64,000 nt of DNA from an uncultured virus (IMG/VR IMGVR_UViG_3300018428_002561). Lineage: Duplodnaviria; Heunggongvirae; Uroviricota; Caudoviricetes. Positions 28,432-37,648 of the stretch are shown here, piece by piece; within the stretch, counting starts at the first letter, position 1; each line of letters starts with the position of its first letter. The position numbers were made by a program, and so were the translations under genes. The stretch is from IMG/VR virus record IMGVR_UViG_3300018428_002561; one strand, written 5' to 3'. Below the pieces are notes generated by a model. That model was not told where the DNA came from and made no database searches. It saw only the letters and a program-made list of their open reading frames with translations.

Positions 28432-29199
28432 ATGCGAGTAACTGATGTAATTTTTAAAGAAGATAAAGAAGCTGATCCAAAAATAGTGGCAAAATTTGCT
28501 GATATTAGTGATAGCCAAAGATCTTATTACATATATCAATGGGCTAAAGAAAAAGGCATTGATTCTGATGACGCAATGCAACTAGCAGGTTATAAGCGTG
28601 GTAGTTATATGGGTGCTGGTTCTTATATGTGGGACTATGATCCTCCAAATGAAAGCATTGAAGAAGCACCTGTTGGAATGATGAAAAAAGCAGGACAAGC
28701 TGTTGGTGCTAAAGTTCTTAGCAAAATTGGCATGAAAGGTAAAGCAGGTAACCTTGCTGGTAAAGCTGATTTATCTGATACCGCAAATAATCTTTATAAT
28801 GAATTTAGAAAGTTTCTTGGCACACAAGGAAAAGATGTAAAAACAGCAACTGGTGAAGAGCTTGCTGGATTTTTAAAATCTAAAGGTGCTAACGTTCCTA
28901 ATATTCCTACAGGAGTAGTTACTAAACAACAGATTAATGCCGCTATTATGCAAGCGGCTAAAGACGCTATGCTTGGTAAGGCTGGCGTACAAAAACCTGC
29001 GCCCGCATCTAGCGGTGCGCCGCAAGCGGCTGGAGGGCCTGCACCTGTTGATGCAAATAAAGATGGCAAGGATGATAAAACTGGTAAGCCTATGCCAAAA
29101 CAAGCAAAGCAGGCACAACCTAAGATTTCACCAGAATTAATGAAAAAAATTAAAGCACTTAATCCGCAACAGAAAAAAGAATTGGCAAGTATATTATGA
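28432..29199 (+). CDS. Hypothetical Lys/Ala-rich protein, probable internal head protein
   Basis: TAAATA at 28401-06 and AAGGA SD upstream; low-complexity K/A/G composition; DANKDGKDD Ca-loop-like motif. Confidence 0.6.
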   Translation: MRVTDVIFKEDKEADPKIVAKFADISDSQRSYYIYQWAKEKGIDSDDAMQLAGYKRGSYMGAGSYMWDYDPPNESIEEAPVGMMKKAGQAVGAKVLSKIGMKGKAGNLAGKADLSDTANNLYNEFRKFLGTQGKDVKTATGEELAGFLKSKGANVPNIPTGVVTKQQINAAIMQAAKDAMLGKAGVQKPAPASSGAPQAAGGPAPVDANKDGKDDKTGKPMPKQAKQAQPKISPELMKKIKALNPQQKKELASIL

Positions 29200-30971
29200 A
29201 ACTAACAGAAGTAGAATCATTTGCACCTAACACACAAAAAATATTGCTAGAAGGTTGGCAAGACTTAACTGAATCTCAAAAAATTGAATTAAATCGTTGG
29301 GAAAAAGAATTACATCCTTTGCTAGAACAGTATGTGAAAGTTTGTGAAGCAACACTTACTCCGGATCAAGTAAAAAATATTTTTAGAAGTGCAGAAGAAG
29401 TTGCTATGGCAGGTGGCAAGAATAGATGACTTGCTGGCAAAGCTGCAGACGTTGCAAAATTACCAGTTGATCTTGCAAAGAAAGTTGATCAAAAAATTAA
29501 CCAACTTGGCAAAATGGTTCAAAATGCAGGACCTGTACAAAATGCTGATGCAAAATTTGAAAAATTAAAAGCAGATATTAAATCAAAAAATAGCGACAGT
29601 AAAATTGTAAAAGGCATAGAAGCTGTTAGTAACTGGGCAAAAGAAAATCCAGGTAAAGCAACACTAGGTGTTGCTATTTTAACAACAGTAGCGGCTTTTG
29701 CAGGAGGACCTGCAGGCGGTGCCGCAGCAGGTTTAATTTTACGTTCAACAAAAGACTTACTCCAAGGTTCTAAACTTTCAAGTGCTGTTGGCAAATCTCT
29801 TAAAACAGCGGCATATGGTGCTCTTGCTGGTGCAGCCTTTAGATATATTGAAGATGCTGTTTGGGAAAACATTGCAACAGCAGGTGACGAACAGTTAGCA
29901 GGCATGGCTGATAGTTTTGATAAAGCAAATTTAGAATCAGCACAAGAAGCTATCTTTGCAGATAAAGGATTTACTCCTGATGTACTAGAAGGTTCAACTA
30001 AACTTACAATGAGTGGTAATATAAACAATTTTTATTACAACTATGATACAGTATTAACTCCAGAACAAATAAGTGATTTTGAAGGTTTTCAACTTTCATT
30101 ACAAGACGCAGGAAACTTTACTCCTGAATATTATCAAGAAGCTGCAAAGTTTCATGACTTTATGCTAGGAGTGCAAGAACAAAACAAAGAACTTACAGCT
30201 CTCTGGGAAGCACTTGGAAATATTCCAGAACAAGAATGGTCACCAGAACAAGTACAGCAATGGTCAGCTGCAAGTGACAATTTAGACAAACTTTTAAACA
30301 CAATTGAAGCATCGGGCGAAGGAGCAGCGGCTGCTGTAACTGGTGCTATGACCGCTGTTGATAGTAAAGTAACAGATGCTCAAAAAGCAAAACCAATTCC
30401 ATCAAGTGAGAAAAAACAATTAGAATTAGATCTAAAAGGCGGTAGTACAGCAACACCAGTAGATAAAAACTTTGATAAAAGTCAAAAACTAAGTGACTTT
30501 GGTCCTGTAGGAGACAAAGCAGAATCAATTGACATGGAAGAACGTTTTGCATTATTCCTTGCAGAAGCAGATCCTGCTCAAGGAGAACTTCCACTAAACA
30601 ACCCAAACACAATGGGTGCAAAATTTAAAAGAGGTATCGGCAAAGCTGCAGGTGCTGTTGGCGGCGCAATAAAACAAAAAGCCAAAGACATTGGCAATGT
30701 AGTTACAGCAAATAAATTATTTAAAAAATGGAAAGCCGCAGGCGAACCTTTAGATACAGGATCTATTATGAATATCCTACAAGATGTAGGAATGTCAAAT
30801 GATCAAATTGCACAAATTGGACAGTCTTCAAATGTAGAACTTAAACCTGAAACAGTTCCACAACAACAGCCTAAAAGTCAACAACCAATGATCGACTTAA
30901 AGGCTCTTGCAAATGAAATTAAGAAAGCAGGCGTAGCTGCGCAAGTAAAACAACTTTTATTAAAAGTTTAA
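29196..30971 (+). pseudogene. Probable single ~591-aa virion/internal protein gene interrupted by one in-frame TGA at 29427-29429 (nonsense allele, error or readthrough)
   Basis: The 77-aa and 485-aa ORFs share a frame (offset 318 nt); the 28 codons between them are open and protein-like; no SD before ATG 29514. Confidence 0.7.
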
Positions 30972-31201
30972 AAATAAGGCAATCCGCTTTTCTTAGTAGT
31001 TTCTAGATTTTCTTTTACAATATCGCTGATAATTTCTCTATCTTCAGGAGGAAGCTCCCACGCTTCATCGATGCTCATACTACCACGCATGTACCATGCT
31101 AGTTTGAACAGATTGTAACGCATTTGCTTCACTTCTTTTTCTAGGATATCAACTTCGTGAAGAATTTGCTTTAGAGGTAAGGCTAATATCCTTATACGAA
31201 A
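30968..31201 (-). CDS. Small baseplate/tail-assembly chaperone domain (gp51-like position), likely made as a -1 frameshift extension of the upstream gene
   Basis: Missed by the ORF track. Open frame FRIRILALPLKQILHEVDILEKEVKQMRYNLFKLAWYMRGSMSIDEAWELPPEDREIISDIVKENLETTKKSGLPYF*; alternative starts are GTG 31132 or ATG 31123. Confidence 0.7.
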   Translation of the reverse strand, partial: FRIRILALPLKQILHEVDILEKEVKQMRYNLFKLAWYMRGSMSIDEAWELPPEDREIISDIVKENLETTKKSGLPYF

Positions 31202-32046
31202 AAACTTGATTGATCAAAGGTTACAGGAACTTCATACGTTGCCGGAACACCTTTCTCTAGTTCTTCAGGAGTAGCATCTACTATTAAAGGCTTAACTTGG
31301 AACTTAGATCTTTCTTGTTCAACGTGATCACTAACTTTTTCAAACAACGTCTTATCAGAATTTTGTATAAATTCACGAATAAACTCTTTATCTGAAACTG
31401 TTTCGTCTTCAACTTGAATTTCTGCAATAGACTTTTCAAGTGTAAGCATAGTTAGGTCTGTTAACTTTTTAAAACTTTCATTAAAAGTAGAAAGTTTATC
31501 ACCTTCGCTAATATTACTGTCATTTAGAACTTTAAATATTCTTTGTTCTTCAAAAGTTTTACGACTTGTTTCTGTAAACTCTGCATATGATAAAGGACGT
31601 AGTAACACTTTCATGCCATTTACTTCAACTTCTCTATTGTAGTTTACATTTGAAAATTGATCTAGCATCACTCTAAGATCTAAATCAAAATCTTTTTCTT
31701 CACCAATAACTGGAACTTTAATTGACACTTCCATTTTTTCGCCATATGTTGCAATTCGTATTGCAATAAGGCAAGCATCAAGATCCATCGCTGGCATATC
31801 CCACGGATTTTTTATCGCAGGTATACAACTTTTAATAACTTCAACAGTTGCTTCACCGTTAAGCAATGCATCTGGAGTTTTAATCATAATTTCATCCCTA
31901 GCCGTCATTGGAAATACTGGATACTCGCCGCTTTCAGATACTTCAAGACTTCCCGCAGGGTAAAATTGGCCGCCACTAGGTAACGTTAGATAAATCTTAG
32001 GTTGCCTAAAATATTTCTGTAACGGATTTGTTTTTTTGTTTTCCAT
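31192..32046 (-). CDS. Baseplate hub assembly/tail chaperone protein, T4 gp26-like
   Basis: NPLQKYFRQPKIYLTLPSGG...PMTARDEI...DLDACLIAIRIATYGE motif; divergent from the tape measure gene; AGGAG SD. Confidence 0.7.
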   Translation of the reverse strand: MENKKTNPLQKYFRQPKIYLTLPSGGQFYPAGSLEVSESGEYPVFPMTARDEIMIKTPDALLNGEATVEVIKSCIPAIKNPWDMPAMDLDACLIAIRIATYGEKMEVSIKVPVIGEEKDFDLDLRVMLDQFSNVNYNREVEVNGMKVLLRPLSYAEFTETSRKTFEEQRIFKVLNDSNISEGDKLSTFNESFKKLTDLTMLTLEKSIAEIQVEDETVSDKEFIREFIQNSDKTLFEKVSDHVEQERSKFQVKPLIVDATPEELEKGVPATYEVPVTFDQSSFFV

Positions 32047-32124
32047 ATTTTCTCCTGGCTAAATACTATGTAAATGTATATACCATATTTATTTATATAC
32101 GTACTTAACTGGATCTAAAAATAA

Positions 32125-34809
32125 GTGGCTGACGAAATTAAAATTGAAAATGTAGGTGGCGAAAGCGGTGTTGCAAGTGAAGTAACACTAGCTCGACTAG
32201 TCACGGCCATGGAAAAAATGGCCAAAGCAAATGGCGGCGACGGCCAAGGCCAAGCGGCTAAAACACAAAAAGCCTACAATGACGCACAAAAAGAAGGTAT
32301 TAAAGTATCTACAAAACATAGAGATGCTGTAAAAGATAATACCGACGCTGTACAAGAAAATACCAAATATCTAAATCTAATGGGAGGCGGGTTAATGCGC
32401 CTCGCTATGAATGGTATTGGTGCAGCTGTTGGATCACTTAAAGGTTTTGCAGAAGAGCTTTTACACGGAGGAGATACACTTAGTAGTTTTGCACAGCATG
32501 TTCCTATAGTTGGAAGTGCATTGACTATGTTTACCGGAATAATTGATAACAGTTATTCTAATTTTAAAATGATGGCTGCAAGTGGTGCAGACTTTGGATA
32601 CAGTTTAGCAGATCTAAGGCAGACCGCAGCTGATGCACGTTTACCACTAGAAGAATTTTCTTCAATGGTAGCCAACAACAGCAAAATGTTAGCCGCATTT
32701 GGTGGTAATGTTACACAAGGTGCAAGACAAGTTGCACAAATGACTGACAATTTAGGTGGTGAAACACTAGTTCAACTACAAGCAATGGGCTTGTCAATGG
32801 AACAGATAAACGAACAAATGAGTTTATCTGCTTATTTAAACAGGGCAGGATCGAGAGCAGAAGTTCAAGATAGAGCCGCTCAAGCAGAAGCAGCGGCCAG
32901 TTTAACCAAAAACATGTTAACACTTTCAAAGTTAACAGGCGAAGATATTAAAACACAGCAAGATAAAATTGCACAAGCCCAAATGGACCTGGCTTTCCAA
33001 ATGGAACTTGCAAGAATGGACAAAGATGAGCGTGATAAAATGAATGCTCTTATGACAGATGCTATGGCACAAGGAGGCCAAGTTGCTGTTGATGCTCTAA
33101 AAGCTGAATTTTTAGGAATGCCGCCAATAACAAGAGATTTACAATTATATAATGCAACACAATCTGAGTCTGCGGCAATATTAAGAAATCAATTAGGACA
33201 AGCACTAGACGAAAGTGTAACTTTAGAACAGTTTAGGTCAACGCAAGGCGACAGAATAGCCGACTATTTAGAATCACAAGTAAGAAGTGCAGGAAACTTA
33301 GAAAATCTATTACAAGCTGCGGCCGCAGGTGCTGAAGGTGTACCTAGTGAAATAGCAAACTTGTTTTCTGGTAACCAAGAACTACTATCAAGGTATTTTC
33401 GAGACACAGGTGAAGGACTTATCTTTGCAAGAGATGCATTCATGGAAGATTACGAAGCTGGAAGAGTTACCCCACCTGATGACGGTGAACTAAATGCAAT
33501 GGGTGAATTCTTAACAGCGGTCGGCGAAGCTAAAAAAGCTCTCATGGAAAACTTTATTAATCCGTTAGTAAGTGTTCTTACTCCAGTATTAAACGAATTT
33601 ACTTCTTGGTTCCAAGGTTTTGTAGGAGAAGAAGGTGAAGGATCAAAATTCCAAACGGCTTTAACAACATTTAAAGAATTTTTAGTAGGAACAGACGGAT
33701 CAGGCGGTGCCGCAGGCGCTGTTAAAGACTTTCTTGAGGCATTTGCTGAAGATCCAAAGCAAGCAATAGCGGATGCATTTGCAGATATAAGTGCTGCACT
33801 AAGTCCACATCTTGAAGCACTAGGAACTACGCTAATGAACGGTGTATTCACAGCAATTAAAGATGGATTCACAGCACTGTTTTCAGATCCGCTAGTAATA
33901 GCAGGGTTAGTAGCCGCTATAACCGGACTTTTTGGCGCAAGAGCGGTAGTAAGTGCATTGGCTGCAGGTGCAACTAGTCTTGCTGGAAGACTAATGCCAG
34001 GCCGCACCCCTACTACTGGTACTGGTACCAGTGCGGCAGGAACAACAGGAAGAATGGGTGCCGCTAAAGGTATACTTAGAAGGCTTGGTCCGTTAGGTTT
34101 ATTATTAGGTGCATACGAAATTGGTAGTACTCTAACCGACGATACACTTACAAGAGAAGAAAAACAACAAAGTGTAGCAGAAACAGGCGGCGGCATGGCA
34201 GGTGCAGCGGCAGGTGCAGCGGCAGGTGCGTTAGCAGGTTCAGTAGTTCCAATAGTAGGTACAGCAATTGGTGGTTTATTAGGCGGCGCACTAGGTTGGT
34301 GGGGCGGTTCAGCAGCTGGCGGTGCAATAAACGAGTCATTGACAGCAGATGGTGCTACTCCGGAACAGGCCCAAGTTGCTGAACAATTAGGAATTTCAGA
34401 GGACGCTGTTGCGAATTTAGAGAAACTAAGTGGCATCGGTGCAGGCATGGAGAGAGTTGCAGGAGCATTTGAGAGAATCAATGCTTTAGAAAACTTCAAA
34501 GATAATATAGAAGTTTTTGAAAATGGACTTGACACAACAGCACTTTCACAGTATAATAGAAATATGCAAGAACTAGCAAGAGCTCTTGAAGACATGAATG
34601 ACGCATTAGCAGAAACTAACAGCGGCGGCTTGTTTGGTGGAGGATCTGGAGTAGCAGCGGCTGATGTAATTAAGAACATGGGTTCAGGAATGGGCGAAGA
34701 AGTAGCAAATCAGTTAAATACTAGACTAGAAACAATGAATACATTACTATCTGAAATAAGAGACATAAACAGACAGCATAGAAATCTAACAAGAGAGATG
34801 GTTGACTAA
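32125..34809 (+). CDS. Tape measure-like tail protein
   Basis: 894 aa, Ala/Gly/Met-rich and helical, with hydrophobic and glycine-zipper segments (GGMAGAAAGAAAG...VGTAIGGLLGG); next to the tail chaperone. Confidence 0.7.
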   Translation: MADEIKIENVGGESGVASEVTLARLVTAMEKMAKANGGDGQGQAAKTQKAYNDAQKEGIKVSTKHRDAVKDNTDAVQENTKYLNLMGGGLMRLAMNGIGAAVGSLKGFAEELLHGGDTLSSFAQHVPIVGSALTMFTGIIDNSYSNFKMMAASGADFGYSLADLRQTAADARLPLEEFSSMVANNSKMLAAFGGNVTQGARQVAQMTDNLGGETLVQLQAMGLSMEQINEQMSLSAYLNRAGSRAEVQDRAAQAEAAASLTKNMLTLSKLTGEDIKTQQDKIAQAQMDLAFQMELARMDKDERDKMNALMTDAMAQGGQVAVDALKAEFLGMPPITRDLQLYNATQSESAAILRNQLGQALDESVTLEQFRSTQGDRIADYLESQVRSAGNLENLLQAAAAGAEGVPSEIANLFSGNQELLSRYFRDTGEGLIFARDAFMEDYEAGRVTPPDDGELNAMGEFLTAVGEAKKALMENFINPLVSVLTPVLNEFTSWFQGFVGEEGEGSKFQTALTTFKEFLVGTDGSGGAAGAVKDFLEAFAEDPKQAIADAFADISAALSPHLEALGTTLMNGVFTAIKDGFTALFSDPLVIAGLVAAITGLFGARAVVSALAAGATSLAGRLMPGRTPTTGTGTSAAGTTGRMGAAKGILRRLGPLGLLLGAYEIGSTLTDDTLTREEKQQSVAETGGGMAGAAAGAAAGALAGSVVPIVGTAIGGLLGGALGWWGGSAAGGAINESLTADGATPEQAQVAEQLGISEDAVANLEKLSGIGAGMERVAGAFERINALENFKDNIEVFENGLDTTALSQYNRNMQELARALEDMNDALAETNSGGLFGGGSGVAAADVIKNMGSGMGEEVANQLNTRLETMNTLLSEIRDINRQHRNLTREMVD

Positions 34810-34818
34810 AGGATAACA

Positions 34819-36567
34819 ATGAGCTGGAAGAAATATTTTACACCTGTACCAACAGGAAACAATGCAGACGGAAGTTACAGTCCTTTTGCTGGTTTAAATA
34901 GCGGATTACAGCCAGGTCCGGCGGCTAGAAACTATAACTCACACTTACCTGATGTATATGTTGGTAGTCCTAATCGTGTTGAACGTTATGGTCAATACAA
35001 CACAATGGACAGTGATTCGGAAGTCAATGCTGCACTAGACATTCTCGCTGAGTTTTGTACTCAAAAGAACGATCAAAACAATACAAATTTCTCTTTTGAG
35101 TTTAAAAATAAAGCAACAAATACAGAAATAACAATTTTACAAAAATATTTACAACAATGGTGTAAACTAAACAAGTTTGAAACACGTATGTTTAGATTAA
35201 TACGTAACGCTTTCAAATACGGCGATCAAATTTTTGTTAGAGATCCAGAAACTGCCAAACTTTTCCATGTTGATGCGGCCAACTTAACAAAAATTATTGT
35301 TAATGAGTCAGAAGGTAAAACACCAGAGCAATATGTTATAAAAGACTTTAATCTAAATTTTAAAGATCTTGTAGCAACAACACCACATCAAACAAATGGC
35401 CAAGTAAACAATGGCGGAATGGGTAGTCATCAAAGTGCAAGTGCTGGTAAAGGTTACATAGGAAGCCAATCTGCAAGTCAAGCAGGTACTAGATGGAGCA
35501 GAGAAGAAGCAGAAATTGCTGTTGATGCTAAACATGTAGTTCATTTAAGTATGAGTGAAGGTTTAGACAACAATTATCCATTTGGTAATTCTTTGCTAGA
35601 AACTATTTTTAAAGTTTATAAGCAAAAAGAACTACTTGAAGATGCAATTATTATATACAGAGTACAACGTGCTCCAGAAAGGCGTGTATTTTATGTTGAT
35701 GTAGGTAACATGCCTAGTCACTTAGCAATGCAATTCGTAGAAAGAGTTAAAACCGAGATCCACCAGAGACGTATTCCAAGCCAAACAGGCGGGGGTACGA
35801 ATGTTATAGACAGTAGTTACAACCCGTTAAGCATAAATGAAGATTATTTCTTTCCGCAAACAGCAGAAGGTAGAGGATCTAAAGTAGAAACGTTGCCTGG
35901 TGGTACTAATTTAGGTGAAATTGACGATTTACGTTACTTTACTAATAAGCTCGTGCGTGGTTTACGTATTCCGTCCTCATATTTGCCCACAGGTGCTGAA
36001 GATGCAAGTAGTCAGTACAACGATGGAAGAGTAGGAACAGCGTATATACAAGAATTAAGATTCAATACATATTGCGAACGCCTGCAAAACATGCTAATCG
36101 AAGAATTTGATCAAGAATTTAAAAAATACTTGTTAGAAAAAGGTGTAAATGTTGATACTTCAATGTTTGATCTTAAATTTCAACCTCCACAGAACTTTGC
36201 AGCATACAGACAAAGCGAAGTTGACAATGCTAGAGTACCTACATACACACAAATGAGTGCAATACCATATATTTCTAATAGATTTGCACTAAAAAGGTTC
36301 TTAGGCATGACAGAAGAAGAAATTGCAGAGAATGAACGTTTATGGCGTGAAGAAAATGACGAAAATCTTGAAACTCCAGCAACAGATGCCGCAGGAGAAA
36401 TGCGTAGTGGTGGTATTTCAGGAGCAGGAATAGATGCAGATATGGGCGGAATGGAAGATGTAGACGCATCTGTCCCATCAGAAGACGGTGGAGAAGGAAC
36501 TCCTCCAGAAACTACAACAGGCCAAGAGCTAGGCGCTAGTCCGGCAACTACAGACCAAACGGTATAA
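34819..36567 (+). CDS. gp20: Portal vertex protein
   Basis: LLEDAIIIYRVQRAPERRVFYVDVGNMP, EDYFFP...GRGSKVETLPGG.NLGEIDD. Confidence 0.96.
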   Translation: MSWKKYFTPVPTGNNADGSYSPFAGLNSGLQPGPAARNYNSHLPDVYVGSPNRVERYGQYNTMDSDSEVNAALDILAEFCTQKNDQNNTNFSFEFKNKATNTEITILQKYLQQWCKLNKFETRMFRLIRNAFKYGDQIFVRDPETAKLFHVDAANLTKIIVNESEGKTPEQYVIKDFNLNFKDLVATTPHQTNGQVNNGGMGSHQSASAGKGYIGSQSASQAGTRWSREEAEIAVDAKHVVHLSMSEGLDNNYPFGNSLLETIFKVYKQKELLEDAIIIYRVQRAPERRVFYVDVGNMPSHLAMQFVERVKTEIHQRRIPSQTGGGTNVIDSSYNPLSINEDYFFPQTAEGRGSKVETLPGGTNLGEIDDLRYFTNKLVRGLRIPSSYLPTGAEDASSQYNDGRVGTAYIQELRFNTYCERLQNMLIEEFDQEFKKYLLEKGVNVDTSMFDLKFQPPQNFAAYRQSEVDNARVPTYTQMSAIPYISNRFALKRFLGMTEEEIAENERLWREENDENLETPATDAAGEMRSGGISGAGIDADMGGMEDVDASVPSEDGGEGTPPETTTGQELGASPATTDQTV

Positions 36568-36570
36568 ATA
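36563..36570 (+). promoter_or_regulatory. T4-type late promoter TATAAATA (representative of a family in this window)
   Basis: Exact T4 late consensus; also at 62739-46(+) and 32090-97(-). TAAATA core upstream of genes at 28401, 32060, 37597, 42068, 44567, 50156 (+) and 15668, 16156, 23466, 41715 (-). Confidence 0.75.
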
Positions 36571-36574
36571 CAAT

Positions 36575-36826
36575 ATGATACTTAGAGAATTATTTTATTT
36601 TGATAGAGAAACTATTGAGCCCGTAGAAGACAAGAGCTACGAGCCGCAACACGACGATTCACCTGTAAAAGCAACTGATACAAGGCAAACTAGATTAACG
36701 CTCGGTCAAATTAATAGAATTCGTAAAGCGTCTGAGTTACATCAAGAAGAAGTAGACAACGAATTAGACTTTATTAGACAGATGTACGGAATAGCAGCAC
36801 AAGCGGAGGCCGGCGGTGCTGTTTAA
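36575..36826 (+). CDS. Small head-module protein
   Basis: 83 aa directly after the portal gene and behind TATAAATA; TRQTRLTLGQINRIRK...RQMYG. Confidence 0.7.
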   Translation: MILRELFYFDRETIEPVEDKSYEPQHDDSPVKATDTRQTRLTLGQINRIRKASELHQEEVDNELDFIRQMYGIAAQAEAGGAV

Positions 36827-37539
36827 TGGCAAAAATAGATAAGACTCTTTATACAAAAGAGGAATGGCGGATTATTAAAAACCGCCGCAGACTAGAAAAA
36901 GAACTCCAAAAACAAAAACAACGTATTGCTGAAACAAAGCATTCAGCGAAAACTAGCATTGCCTTTGTCTTAGGCAACGGTGTTAGCAGAAAGTCGATAT
37001 TACCAGAGGATTTACAAAAGCATGGCCGAGTTTATGGTTGTAATGCTTTGTACAGGACCTTTTCTCCTGACTATTTAATTGCTGTAGACGTTAAAATGAT
37101 ACTAGAAATATCACGTAGTGGGTATCAAAATACAAATCAAGTATGGACAAATCATAATAAAGCATATTCAGAAATTAAAAACATTAATTATTTTCAACCA
37201 AGTAAAGGCTGGAGTAGTGGTCCAACAGCATTATGGCTAGCAGCTGAACACGAATACGAAGATATTTACATATTAGGGTTTGACTTCCAAGGATTAGATA
37301 ACGGATCTAAATTTAATAACCTATACGCCGATACAAAAAACTATAAAAAAAGCAATGAAGCCGCAACATTTTACGGTAATTGGCTACGACAAACCAAACA
37401 AGTTATAAGAGATAACAAAAAAACAAACTTTCATAGAGTTATAGCACCAGATAATTATCAGCCTATAGAACTAAATAATTTTGATAACTTTAGTACAATA
37501 GAGCTTGGAGATTTTAAAAAAATCTTCAATTTTTCCTAA
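36826..37539 (+). CDS. MptE/DUF115/Maf-like (CstII glycosyltransferase-like fold) protein
   Basis: AFVLGNGVSR, YGCNALYR..PDYLIAVD, SSGPTALWLA, IYILGFDF motif series. Confidence 0.6.
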   Translation: MAKIDKTLYTKEEWRIIKNRRRLEKELQKQKQRIAETKHSAKTSIAFVLGNGVSRKSILPEDLQKHGRVYGCNALYRTFSPDYLIAVDVKMILEISRSGYQNTNQVWTNHNKAYSEIKNINYFQPSKGWSSGPTALWLAAEHEYEDIYILGFDFQGLDNGSKFNNLYADTKNYKKSNEAATFYGNWLRQTKQVIRDNKKTNFHRVIAPDNYQPIELNNFDNFSTIELGDFKKIFNFS

Positions 37540-37648
37540 CATATGCAAAAAAGGCCTCTTTTGAGCCTATATCTACGCATATTTCCCCCATTTTGTTAAA
37601 TAATAGTGACAGCCTTACCATAGGTATAACTTTTATAGGAGAACAAAA

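Noticed and set aside
28106..28581. Short ORFs overlapping the non-coding tract (62, 75 and 95 aa)
   Set aside because: No convincing SD, mutually overlapping, run through strong hairpins or into the 28432 gene
29427..29429. Genome-wide stop-codon reassignment or selenocysteine
   Set aside because: Only one internal TGA in the window, no internal TAG, and no redox motif or evident SECIS-like hairpin
34198..34230. 12-nt tandem GCAGGTGCAGCG
   Set aside because: Ordinary glycine-zipper coding repeat in the tape measure gene
33450..34679. 409-aa antisense ORF opposite the tape measure gene
   Set aside because: Ala/Pro/Ser-rich mirror of the sense codons with no SD or recognisable motif; a shadow ORF
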